Source: Octopus vulgaris (taxonomy: Eukaryota). From it: 64,000 nucleotides of DNA. The stretch lies in the NCBI GenBank assembly GCA_951406725.2, contig OX597814.1:224068001-224132000 (forward strand). The letters run 5' to 3'. Position numbers and translations under genes: made by a program. The notes under the pieces were generated by a model. It was not told the DNA's origin, ran no database searches, and saw only the letters and a program-made list of their open reading frames with translations. The first letter of the stretch is position 1; every line of letters begins with the position of its first letter. This document shows positions 25,687-38,094 of the stretch, in pieces.

Positions 25687-25959
25687 AACTTAAGAATTGT
25701 AGTTATGTCTCTTGTAGCCATTCTTTTAAACAGGCTCTTCCGGTAAAATCTCAGATCAGGAATTCTTAATTTTCGAGTAACTCTATTTTACCTATGCTAC
25801 TGATGACCATTCCACATCAGACCAACTTAAGAATTGTAGCTATGTCTCTTGTAGCCATTCTTTTAACAGGCCCTTCCGGTAAAATCTCAGATCAGGAATT
25901 CTTAATTTTCGAGTAACTCTATTTTACCTATGCTACTGATGACCATTCCACATCAGACC
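25687..25959. repeat. Direct tandem duplication, two units of 137 and 136 bp
   Basis: Units 25687-25823 and 25824-25959 differ at only about three positions. Confidence 0.95.
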
Positions 25960-26949
25960 AAACTTCTTAGACAGTATAGCAACTAATCAATGTTACTCGA
26001 GATGAGATGGAGTGAGGGCAGCACTGGCCAATATATTTGAGAACTGAATTTAATTTCATGGACCCAAACGATTTATCATTCTACGTCTCCGAGACTCACC
26101 GATTCCACGTATCAGGTTGTGTTTTTAGTAACTTCTTACTACTTGTGAACATGGAACAAAATTATTCTAGTCATTTTTGTCATTTTTTGTCATTTTTAGG
26201 AAGCCTGCTGGTGAAAGAGGTCCTTAAAAGCAATACTTTTCGAGGCGGCATTTCATGTAATGAATATCTGCATTTCGAGATATAATCGTCAGTGCGAGTA
26301 CATCGTAAATAACATGCAATATATGACTGGTTGGCAACGGCAGCAACAAGTGGAGGCGCAATGGTCTAGGCAGCGAACTCGCGGTCGGAGGATCGCGGTT
26401 TCGATTCCCTTAAAGATTCTTCGGTGTGTCATCACAGGAACGACCCATTTGAAATCTCGAAGCGGTCATTTAAAATTCAAGACATTGTTCGAAGAAGCTT
26501 TTCTTCGTCAAGAAAAGTTATTGATGAAATATTGGATCAGAAATAGCAAGTATACTAACAACTGGTTGTGTTTACTGTTATATCTTCAAACATTTTTTTC
26601 AACATCATCTATAACACTAGTTCTGTTAAGTTTTCTGATGGTGAATATTCGATTGCTGTGTAAGAAAAAAAACGCTTTAATTTATTAAAATTTTGATATG
26701 CTATTAATCAGTTTAAAAAGTATACATGTTTCAATTTTTATGAAAGCATCTGGTATATTCGAGCCTCACTAAATCCGGGACACACATACATATTATTTCT
26801 GCATTAAAATTCCGAAAATGTCTTGTTATCATTGGGTGATGAAAAGCAACTACAAATGAGAAATCCCGTATTGCTTTAGGGGCCTTTAAAAATGTTCAGA
26901 TCTCAACATTTATATTCCTTCAATTCAATATTTTTCCATTTTGGGATAT

Positions 26950-27168
26950 TGATTTCAAATATTAGCCTAAGGCCAGCAAGTTCGGGGGATGGGGGTAAAG
27001 TCGATTGGGTACTTCGACTCCAGTGCTCAATTGGTACTTAGAGTATCGACTCCGAAAGCATGAAAGGCGAAGTCGATCTCAGAGGAGTTTGAACTCAGAA
27101 CATAAAGACGGACGAAATGCTGCTAAGCATTTTTTCCCGGCGTGCTAACGATTCTGCCAGCTCGCCCT
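26950..27168 (-). mobile_element. SINE family B
   Basis: Reverse-complement match to 24438-24655. Confidence 0.85.
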
Positions 27169-27735
27169 CTAAAGCTCTTTTGGAATATAATAATGAAAAG
27201 TAACCAGTACCAAATTTACTTCATTCGACACGCTAGGATCACACGTGACACAGTCGTCCATTGGCCTTTAATAGGCTCAATTATACATTGTCAATCACAT
27301 GACTGAAGCGAAGAGTAGGATTTCTCAAAAAACCTCAAGTCGAGTCCTCGTTCTTTTGAAGCATTGCCGAAAGCAATGGTCCGAGTAACTATGAGTATTT
27401 CTTTAATATATTTAATGATGTGGGAATTTCCCTCGTTTCTTTTACTGTTCAATACTTTTCAAGTTGAACAATATCGTTATCATTCTAATAAAGTTTGGTT
27501 ATTATTGTGTTGAAAAGCTACGTCAGATGAAAGATGGTGGATGGCTTTTCGCGTCATTATTATAGGCTTAAATTCACACGCTCGCGCGCGTATATGAGTA
27601 CGTATGTAAAGTATTTAAAAGTGATTGGCACATGTATAGTGGGAATCCCTCGGCCATGAAGTTGTCTAACGGGTGGTGAACGCCCTGGTCTTAAAAGAGC
27701 ATAAACTCATAAAATTAAGCGTGTATGCATACACG

Positions 27736-27792
<57 letters not shown>

Positions 27793-28590
27793 GATAAAAC
27801 TTACTTGGAAAAGAATGCGTGGCATTCGATCATATAATAATATAAATAATATATATATATATATGCATATATACCTACATATATGTACATACCTACATAT
27901 ATATGTATATATACATGCATATATGGGTATAGGACATAAAAAAAAAAACGTTAAACACAATGAGAAACGAAAACAGAAAACGAACTTTTTTTCAAACAAC
28001 GAAAAAAACCAAACAGAGAAACGAGACATGCAACATAAAGAATATTCCCCTTCATCAGTTGTCTCTGTTTCGTCTACTCCGCGTTACGAAGGTAAGGACA
28101 AAATATATTGTCCTTACCTTCGAATTTTCCGTTTAGATTTTAACATCTTTATTAAGAACCGAGTTGCTTTATTAGTACAGCAGTTAGTCAGACTTGGGAC
28201 AATTTTGCGTTGTGGAGTGTTTTGCTAGTAGTACATTGTACTACTTATGTAGTAATTTCCTGATTTCTTAAAGTACAGGAATGAAAAAGAAAATTAACTT
28301 ACTACACTTAGTCAACGCTCCAAAGTATATTAGCTAAAAAGAACTTTATGACCGATGATTGCAGCGAAGGATGCTCCGATGACGAAAAACAACAGCTATC
28401 AGACATTACGTTCTCGATTTTCTGCACGCTTCCCATAAATTATTGTCTACCTGCATGTATAAGCAATTGGTTTACTGATTTCTATAAACAAGATCGTCAG
28501 ATTCGACGATCCTGCAAGGCAGCTTTGACTGTGGAGTCACATCGAAGTCGAAATACCAGACTGTTTCAACAAGCTCTTACATGGGGTGAA

Positions 28591-28992
28591 TTACTCTTTT
28601 ACTTGTTTCAGTCGTTTGACTGTGGCCATGCTGGAGCACCGCCTTTAGTCGAGCAAATCGACCCCAGGACTTATTCTTTGTAAGCCTAGTACTTATTCTA
28701 TAGGTCTCTTTTACCGAACCGCTAAGTTACGGGGACGTAAACACACCAGCATCGGTTGTCAAGCGATGCTGGGGGGACAAACACAGACACACAAACGTAT
28801 ACACTCACATACGTATAGATATACAAATATACAACGGGCTTCTTTCAGTTTCCGTCTACCAAATCCACTCACAAGGCTTTGGTTCGCCCGAGGCTATAGT
28901 AGAAGACACTTGCCCAAGGGGTCACGCAGTGGGACTGAACCCGGGACCATGTGGATGGTAAGCAAGCTACTTACCACACAGCCCCTCCTACA
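28591..28992 (-). mobile_element. SINE family A
   Basis: Full-length reverse-complement match to 34086-34490. Confidence 0.9.
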
Positions 28993-29485
28993 TTATGAAT
29001 ATACATCGCCTGAAGGGAGGGCTGAAGTTCGCCGATAGCAACAAGGATCACATATTCATGTTTGATCTGCCAAAATGTATTATGAATGAGTAAGCATTGT
29101 CAAAGAATTCTGGGGAAATCAGAAAAAAAAACAACTTTAATATATAAAGTTGTCTAGGAAAAAGATTAACAGAAACCTTTTATATGTGTTTATATGTGGT
29201 GAAAGAAAACTAAAGAGTGACGGATGAAATAGTTTCAATCAGTAATAATCTCATCCGAATAATGCGACGAGCAGTATTTGTAAACTTGATACAAAATATA
29301 TAAAGGATTTATTGAAAGAGACTCTTATCTTAAAGAGATAACAGAACCACAAGGTAACTAAGATCTTGCAGCGTTCACAAGTTATCTTAACAAGAGATCT
29401 TATCTATAAGCCTTGGTGGCGTGATTTAAAAGCAAGACTAGACGAAGCTGATCTGAATTGTTCGTAAGTAGTTAAATATCTAATG

Positions 29486-31828
29486 CAAGGGTGTCAAACT
29501 CAATCGCACAGAGGGCCAAAACTCAAATCACACTTAAGGTTGCGAGCCGAACTGGATAAACATTCATTAATCAATAGAAAGCTAAACCTTTTTAAAACAA
29601 TGATAGGAATTAAAATAGACAAGAGTTAAAATAATAGCAAATCAAGGCAGACCAAGTTAGGCTCTTTTGCCAATTTGTCAGAGCTGGATGCTTGGCATCT
29701 TTTCTTGACAACAAGTTCGTTTATGTTTGAAATAAGGTTCTGTGTTATGGAGAATCTCAAGACGGGCTGCAGGTGTTCATCAGTGAGATGAATCCTGTGT
29801 AATGTTTTGTTAATCTTCATCACAGAGAACAGCTGCTCACACATATATGTGCTAGCAAACACGCTCAAGGTTCGAGCCACATGTTGACGAATCTGGGACA
29901 TCTTTTTGGGAATGAAACGAGTGAATTGTGGAGGCCCCACAGTGTCATACTTTGCCTTTAGTGTCATTACACTGCAGCTCTATGAGCTCCATCTGCAAAT
30001 GTACAGGTGCAGTTTCCACGTCGATGGCAAATGGGTTGTAAAAGAGTTCGAAATGACTTTTCTCTTCTTCAATGTCACTAAAACGCCGTGAGAACTTAGC
30101 GCGAAGCGAGCTGAGCTTTTCGGCAAAGAATGCATTTGGGAACACCATGGTTCAACATTGCTTTGCAACAAGGAAAGTGAGACAAGTTGCATGGGTGCAT
30201 TTGTGTCTCCCATATCCTCAGCTTCACTTTAAATGCCTTCACCGCATCATGCATATCAGTGACCAAGTGGTCCCATCTCTGGAGCTGCAGGTTCAAGACG
30301 TCGAGATGAGTGACGTCAGGCAGACACGCCAACTCACATTTCCACTTCTCATCCCGCAAAACCGTGGAGTCTTTTTCTTTGCTGTCCATGAACTGGCAGA
30401 TTTCCTCGATCAGCAGAAAAACTTTCCCTCGACTTATCCACCGCAACTCTGTATGATGAGGCATGTCGCCGAACTCGGAATCTATTTCCTGCAAAAAAGA
30501 CCGAAATTGGCGGTGATTTAAACTTTTGACTCTGATAAAGTTGACGGTTTGTGATACAGTGCTCATTACATGTTCCATGTTGAGGACTTTACCACACAGC
30601 GATCCTTGGTGTATGATGCAGCGATATGCTATCAACTCACTAGTACAGTCCTCCTGCATCTTTAACCGCATCTTTCCTACTAGTCCACATTTTTCGCCGC
30701 CCACCGGTGCTCCATTTGTTGTAGGTCGAACAGGTTTGCCCCAAGGCAGCTTCATGTCAGTTACACTTCGACATACGTTGTCAAAAATGTCTTTCCATGT
30801 CGTTGTCTCATGCATAGACTTCATGTCCAATATTATTTCTTCTGTAACATTTAAACTGGAGTCCACTCCACGGATGAAGATCATTGCTTTCATCGTATCA
30901 TTGCTTTCATCGACAGCAAGAGAGTAGGCAGCAAAGTCTCTGCCTTTTTCAATCAGCTGTGTTTTCACATCAGTGGCCTTCTCACAAACTCGATCAGCTA
31001 TTGTATTTCTGCTAAGGCTTACATTTGCAAACATCTGCTTTTTGTCTGGACACAAGACGTCATGAAATTCTTCAGAAACTCTCCCTCAGTAAATGGTCGT
31101 GCTGATTTGGCGATCTTCTCTACCACAATAAAACTTGCTTTCACAGCAACTTCACTTTGCGATTTTGATTTGGGGAAAAACGTCTGCTGTGATGTTAAAT
31201 TCCTCTGCAATTATTCTACCTTCCCTAGCTTTTATTCTGCATTCAAGTTTTTCGATTTGTCTTCATGATTAGTCTCGTAGTTCCGTCTTAGATTATATTC
31301 TTTGATCACAGCCACATTATCTCCATAAATTAGACACACAGGTTTACCACCAATATCGGTAAACATATGTTGAGCCTCCCAGCGGCTTTGAAAGGCTCTG
31401 TTTTCAGAATCAACTTTTCTCTTGGCCATTTTAACGGCTAGCTTTGATCTAAAATTAAGACTATGCATCTATCGATGGACGCTTGATTGATATGGCATAA
31501 ACTGGAAGAAGTGATACAATATCCAGGCACTATACGACTTTCATCTCTTATGCGCCAATCCAAAACGGGCAACAGGACGTTACTAGGTTACTGTAATGAC
31601 GAACATCCACGCACTGCACAACTTTCGTTTTAACTTGTGTGCTGATCGACGCGGAAATGTTCTCAGGCAGCATTTCGTTCAACAAGGCTGCTAAATTGAG
31701 GAATTTGTGGTTGGCACTTCATATCGTCGGGGCTATTAAAAAATATTTGCCTAAAATTCTCTCGCGGTCCGGATATAATTATGTGTTAGGCCAGATTTGG
31801 CCTGCAGGCCTTGAGTTTGACATCTTTG
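29486..31828 (-). mobile_element. hAT (Charlie/Buster group) DNA transposon, near full length
   Basis: TIRs caagggtgtcaaactcaa (29486-29503) and ttgagtttgacatctttg (31811-31828) match 16/18; internal transposase; TSD degraded. Confidence 0.9.
29626..31429 (-). pseudogene. hAT transposase (GTF2IRD2/SPIN-like), frameshifted
   Basis: Consecutive ORF pieces MAKRKVDSENRAFQSRWE...KPVCLI, YSLAVDES, CIIHQ..LC, ELRWISRG, LQMELIELQ, FASTYMCEQLFSVMK; at least four frameshifts. Confidence 0.92.
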
Positions 31829-31952
31829 CCGAATGGAACCAATTGCATCAGATTTATTTCTGAGTGTTTTGATTTCTGTTGCATAAAGAAAGTCTGTCTG
31901 TCTCTCTCTCTCTCTTTCTCTCCCCCTCTCTCTCTTTCTTTCTCTTTCGCTC

Positions 31953-32009
<57 letters not shown>

Positions 32010-32048
32010 ATGTATGTATGTATGTATGTATGTATGTATGTATGTATC

Positions 32049-32100
<52 letters not shown>

Positions 32101-32102
<2 letters not shown>

Positions 32103-32262
32103 GGAGTAAACACATAAATGTGAAACAAGGTGGAAAAAAGAGTACTCAAATACCAGTGGTAGAGTAATATGCTTTATTTTAAGCAGCAGAAAATTCAACA
32201 AAATCTGTTACTCTGAGTTTCTCGTTGCCGTTCATCAGACAGTTTTTGCTAGAATGGAACCG

Positions 32263-32319
<57 letters not shown>

Positions 32320-32526
32320 TTACTTTATTTAAAGCAGCAGAAAATTCAACAAAACCTGTTACTCTGAGTTTCCCGTTGCCGTTCATCGGACAGTTTTTTT
32401 CTAGCAAAAACTGTCCGATGAACGGCAACGGGAAACTCAGAGTAACAGGTTTTGTTGAATTTTCTGCTGCTTTAAATAAAGCATATTACTCTACCACTGG
32501 TATTTGAGTACTCTTTTTTACACCTT
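32101..32526. mobile_element. Penelope-like terminal repeats, three copies (two minus, one plus), each with a minimal hammerhead motif
   Basis: Copies at ~32127-32253 (-), 32323-32398 (-) and 32401-32526 (+), set in (TA)n tracts. Motif ctgt-C(T/C)GATGA-acggcaacg(a/g)-GAAA-ctcagag-TA-acag. Confidence 0.7.
32200..32247 (-). ncRNA. Minimal type I hammerhead ribozyme motif with canonical core
   Basis: Minus strand aaaaactgt CTGATGA acg gcaa cga GAAA ctc a gag TA acagatttt gives helix I ctgt/acag, a GNRA-capped short helix II, helix III ctc/gag and a GUA cleavage triplet. Confidence 0.6.
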
Positions 32527-33382
32527 TGCTTTACCTTCCCCTCTCTCTCTCTCTCTCTCTCTCTCCCTCTTCCTCATCTCTCTCTCAGCCGCGTGTCTTC
32601 CTCTCTCTCTCTCTCTCTCTCTCACTCCTCCTCACTTTTGTCACTGCTAATCCTTTTGCACGCTGCTTTCAAACCGTAAAGTCATGTTTCCATGCGCTTG
32701 CCAGAACCTCTTCCGTCCCAGCCAGAACAAAGGCCTTTTCGTTTGTTTTTCTCGTTTGTTTCCTTGTTTATTTTGATTCCTCGTATTGTATTTTATTTCT
32801 CGTTTTGTATTTTCTTGTACATGTATTTTTATCTTGTATTTTATTGTGCAGTTTTATTGTTACGTCCTGTTTGTGTTACATTTTTTCGTGCTTGTTTTGA
32901 CCCCTCTGCGAGGTTATTTTATTTTAATTCTCTCGCAGGAAGGCCTAGTATTGACGATTCGTGTCCTGTCTCGCCTTCGAAACACGCTTAAGTCTACTAG
33001 CGACAGCTGATGATTGGGGATTTTCCTTGTGTAGCTTGTCCTGTACCTTGTTTTTCTGTTGTAAATAATGTTTTTCCTGTTTTCGTTCTCGCCCTGTTCC
33101 ACGTCTCTGTCTTTCTGTTGTAAAAAAATGGCTTTTCCATTTTTCGTTTCTGTTGAGTTCTTCGTCTTTTTGTGGTGTCCTGTACTTACGTATATATATT
33201 TATATATGCATGTATATATACATGTAGATGCACGTACATATATGTTTGTATGTATGCATATATTTTATTTATTACACTATTGTCTGACACAGTTTCGTGT
33301 CGGATTCGTTCGATTCTTCGCTTCGTTCCGTTTCTTATCCTCCCAGTATTGTTTTATTATATATATATATATATATATATAT

Positions 33383-33560
33383 AAAGAATTCACAAAAAAA
33401 TACAAAAGATGAAGACAGGTGGTGTAGACAACAAACAGATGTATTAGTTTAACGCTCGGGAAGTGAAAAAGTCTTTAATGTTTCGAACCTACGCTCTTTC
33501 ACAGAAAGGGACACAGAAAAATAAAGAATGTGTAGTGGCTAGTGATCTATCATGGCGAAA
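33383..33560 (-). mobile_element. Penelope-like terminal repeat fragment
   Basis: Homologous to 398-600; minus strand ctgtgaaagagcgtaggttcgaaacatta; adjacent to (TA)n. Confidence 0.55.
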
Positions 33561-33573
33561 ACTTGACATATAT

Positions 33574-33735
33574 GTGCGCAGGAGTGGCTGTGTGGTAAGT
33601 AGCTTGCTTACCAACAACATGGTCTCGGGTTCAGTTCCACCGTGTGCCACCTTGGGCCAGTGTCTTCAACTATAGCTTCGGGCCGACCAAAGCCTTGTGA
33701 GTGGATTTGGTAGACGGAGCTGAAAGAAGCCTGTC

Positions 33736-33833
<98 letters not shown>

Positions 33834-34029
33834 ATGTGTGTGTGTTTGTCCCCACAACATCGCTTGACAACCGATGCCGGTGTGTTTACGTCACCGTAAC
33901 TTATCGGTTCGGCAAAAGAGAACGATAGAATAAGTACTAGGCTTACAAAGAATAAGTCCTGGGGTCGATTTGCTCGACTAAAGTTGGTGCTCCAGCATGG
34001 CCGCAGTCAAATGACTGAAACAAGTAAAA

Positions 34030-34088
<59 letters not shown>

Positions 34089-34490
34089 CGCAGGAGTGGC
34101 TGTGTGGTAAGTAGCTTGCTAACCAACCACATGGTCCCGGGTTCAGTCCCACTGCGTGGCATCTTGGGCAAGTGTCTTCTGCTATAGCCCCGGGCCGACC
34201 AATGCCTTGTGAGTGGATTTGGTAGACGGAAACTGAAAGAAGCCTGTCGTATATATGTATATATATATATGTGTGTGTGTTTGTGTGTTTGTCCCCCTAG
34301 CATTGCTTGACAACCGATGCTGGTGTGTTTACGTCCCCGTCACTTAGCGGTTCGGCAAAAGAGACCGATAGAATAAGTACTGGGCTTACAAAGAATAAGT
34401 CCCGGGGTCGATTTGCTCGACTAAAGGCGGTGCTCCAGCATGGCCGCAGTCAAATGATTGAAACAAATAAAAGATAAAAGAAAGATAAAA
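33574..34490 (+). mobile_element. Two tandem SINE family A copies
   Basis: Copies 33574-34030 and 34086-34490 separated by (TA)n. Confidence 0.9.
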
Positions 34491-35216
34491 GATATATATA
34501 TGTATGTATATATTGTTACATTTTCCACACAAAGAGCGTTGATAAAGTTTTTATTTGTTTTTAGTGCACCACGAAGTAAAGGATATGTTGAGAACTGCTG
34601 CCGTAGATACTACACAAGGTTAACAAGGACTCCGTTGGTTTCGAACAGGCCATATATCTATTAAATATAATCTCACCTGTAATGCACATGGGTATCACCT
34701 TCGAAAACCTTATTGCATTATTTATTTGTTTCAAAGCAAATATTAGCAGTCTGAGAGAGAGATAGAGAGAGGACTTTCTAAAAGTTGGGAGTTTTACTAA
34801 CCATAAATAGATCTGCCAATTCATGAAGACTACAAACTGATTTAACAACTAAGGGGCCAGTTAAGCTGTTTGTTCTTTATCTGTAACATTTTCTCTTTGG
34901 TTTTTGTTCCCATATTTTGTTCCCATACGTAAAGGGTATTAGATCCCTTTCTTAGTCTGTCTTAGCTTACCGCTTTCACACGGACGTTTAAATAAATAAC
35001 GACTCCCTTTTTAAGAGTGAATGGTTATAGTTGGGTAGATTTGACTGCTGTTTTCAGCATGTGTGACTGGTCTCGTTGAGTGTCATTGTTTAACCCCGAG
35101 ATCAAACAACACTGGTCAAAATTTATTTAAAAGACAAAACAATATACATGATAACACTTCCAATCAGTTAAGATCAGCAGCCATGATCTTTACTAATTAT
35201 TATTATTATTATTATT

Positions 35217-36930
35217 CTGTTTGACTTTTGCTTTATGTCTGTACAAGTTGGCTCCAAGTCTCACCCAGAGACCTCAAGAGACAACAGGTTGGAAGTTCTG
35301 TGCCATATATTTGGGGTTTTTTTCTTTTTTTTTTGTGTTGTACTAGTGAATGTCTAATACATAAAAATAAATAAATAAATAAATAAAAAAGTTTGTTTTA
35401 AACCTTGGGATTACATAGAGAGTATTTTGCGTAGAATATGAGCAGTTCCCATGAGCACTATCTTTTGAATTTCTGCCATTTTGGGGTTTCCTGGTATCTG
35501 AGTTAGGTAGCAATCAGTCCCTTTCGCTATCATTCCCAGAGCACCTATGACAACAGGTATTGTTTTAGTCTTCAGCTTCCACATTTTGCTGATTTCTATT
35601 TCAAGATCTTTATATTTGCTCAGTTTTTGGTAGGTCTTGACAGATACGTTTATATCGATTGGGACAGTCATATCAATGAGGAGGCATGTTCTTTGTCTGA
35701 AGTCTTTCAATATGATGTCTGGCCTATTTGCATCTATCTTCCTGTCAGTTTGAATGGTGAAGTTCCAGAGGAGTGAGATGTGGTCATTTTCAAGCACAGG
35801 AGGTGGATTGTGTTCCCACCAGTTTTTTTCATGGGGCAAATCCAGGTTTTTGCAAATTACCCAGTGAATATATTGTGCAGCTCTATCATGCCTACTGAGG
35901 TACTCTGTAGGCGCTAGAAGACTGCACTTGGAGACAACATGGTCAATGGTTTCATTTTGTTGTCGGCATACACGACATGTTGGGCTACTGCCGTTCTTTA
36001 ATATGTTGGCCTGGTAGTTTCTTGTTGGTAGGCATTGATCTTGAGCTGCTATGATAAACCCCTCTGTTTCAGATTTTAAGCCAGAGGCCATTAGCCATTG
36101 ATGGGTCAGGGCTTTGTCGATATCTGCATTATTCGCTCTCTTTGGGTATTTGCCATAGAGAGGTTTTTCTTGCCATTTATTATTCAGAATATCTAAGGCC
36201 GCAGTTTTGGCACGGGTTTTCATGCGCCTAGCTTTTTCTGTGCTTGTTTCTTGTATACCTATCTCTAATTCCGAAATTGGTTGTATTCGGAATTCACTTA
36301 GATATTCCTTTGCCTGTTTTGTGACTGAGTATGATGCTTTCTTGTTTTCATGTTTTGAGACAAGTTTTAACATCCAGTCCTCAGAGTTTTTCAGGTAGGT
36401 GTCTAGGCCAATTGTAGCAATCTTCATTGTTATTGCCAGTTGCAAAAGACCACGGCCTCCTCTTTTCTTGGCAGATAGAGTCGTTCTGTATCTGCCTTAG
36501 GGTGGTGCATTCTATGCATTGTCAACAGTTTCCTTATTTTTCTGTCGAGCTGACATATTTCAGTAATTGACCAGTTAACAATATTGAAACTGTAAGTCAC
36601 GACTGGTATGGCTAATGCATTGATCGCTTCGATCCTGTTTCTTGCATTCAGCTCTGTCTTGAGTATTGCTCTCACTCTTCGATAGCATTCTCTCCTGATC
36701 CTTTCCTTCATCTCTGAATGCCTTATTCCGTTCCCTTCAATTACCCCTAGGTACTTGTAGCTCTCCGCTGGGTCTAGTTCTTTTATGACATTCTGTTGGT
36801 CAAGGTTAACGTTAGATGTTTCTGTCATTTTTCCCTTGATAAAGGTAGCCTTTGCACATTTATCGAGGCCGAATTGCATTCTGATGTCGTCACTGAATTG
36901 TTTGACTATCGCTAGTAAGCCCTTGAGTTG
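35217..36930 (-). mobile_element. Dong/R4-like non-LTR retrotransposon, 5'-truncated (copy 1)
   Basis: RT C-terminus (QFGLDKCAK, YKYLG), CCHC knuckle CRVC...HVVSKC, RHD, and restriction-like endonuclease RPDI...LIDMTVP...KLSKY; one frameshift near 36440; (TAA)n on both sides. Confidence 0.9.
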
Positions 36931-37016
36931 TTGTGTTTGACTATCGCTAGTAAGCCTTATTATTATTATTATTTGACTATTATTATTTGACTGTGTTTGA
37001 CTATCGCTAGTAAGCC

Positions 37017-37068
<52 letters not shown>

Positions 37069-37072
37069 CATC

Positions 37073-37122
<50 letters not shown>

Positions 37123-37125
37123 CAT

Positions 37126-38094
37126 TCAGTAGTTTTATTTTTATAGCGTGCTTTCACTTCACTACAGAGCGCAGCTCTGTGTGCCTTGGGTATGTGCTGT
37201 GATTTGTTGTGATGCTCTGATGGTTATTGTATGGAAAGTGTTCTGCGTAGGATGTGTGCAGTGCCTAGTAGTGCAATTTTCTGTATGTTATATGTGTTTG
37301 TAAGTCCTGGTGTTTTTGTTATGTATTTGTCTGAATATTTTTTTATCATGCCTAATGCACCTACTATGATAGGAATTGTTTCTGTTTTTAGATTTCACAT
37401 TCTGGTTACCTCTATTTCCAGGTCTTTGTATTTTGAAAGTTTCTCCATTTCTTTTAGAGACACGTTGTCATCTGCCGGTATTGATACATCAATTAGAAAG
37501 CATTTTTTTCTTCATGATCTCTGACAACTATATCTGGTCTGTTGGCCTTAATTTCTCTATCTGTGTGTATCGGCATATCCCAGAGTATGGTTGCTTTCTC
37601 GTTTTCTGTGACCTTTTTTCTGTTGTTATTCCATAATGTTGGCATAGCTTCCAGTGTAAGTAGGTTCCAACTCTGTCATGTCTGTGAATATATTCCTTCT
37701 TAGCCAGGACTGGGCAGCCAGAGATAATATGATTTATTGCTTCTTGTCCATCTCCACATATTCTGCAGTTACTTGTTATATTTCTTTTCATTACATGTTT
37801 TTGGTAGTTTCTGGTGGGGAGGCTTTGGTCTTGTGCTGCAATTGAAAATCCCTCTGTTTCTGCTTTGAGTCCTGAGCTTCTCAACCATTGCCGGGATTTT
37901 TCTTTGTCTATTTCTTTTGCATTTAGTTTAGTCTAGTATTTACCATGAAGGGGCTTTTCTTGCCATAGTTTTATCATGGTTCTTTGCTGTTCTAGTTTTA
38001 GTTTGGATTTCATTTGTTCTATAGCTTTTGTTTCTTCATCTTCTTCTTCTTCTTCTTCTTCATATTTATTAGGTGGTATGATTTCTTGTTTGTA
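37126..38094 (-). mobile_element. Dong/R4-like retrotransposon, 5'-truncated (copy 2, different subfamily)
   Basis: GLKAETEG..IAAQDQ...CRICG...HIISGC...RHD; stop at 37226-37224; 3' UTR differs from copy 1; (TAA)n on both sides. Confidence 0.88.

Noticed and set aside
25795-25825. CTGATGA as a hammerhead core or C/D snoRNA box
   Set aside because: No correctly placed GAAA or terminal stem with a D box; it only forms a short ctgatg/catcag stem.
31786-34303. Many YIYI/CVCV-rich ORFs here and elsewhere
   Set aside because: Artefacts of (TA)n/(TG)n tracts and SINE sequence.
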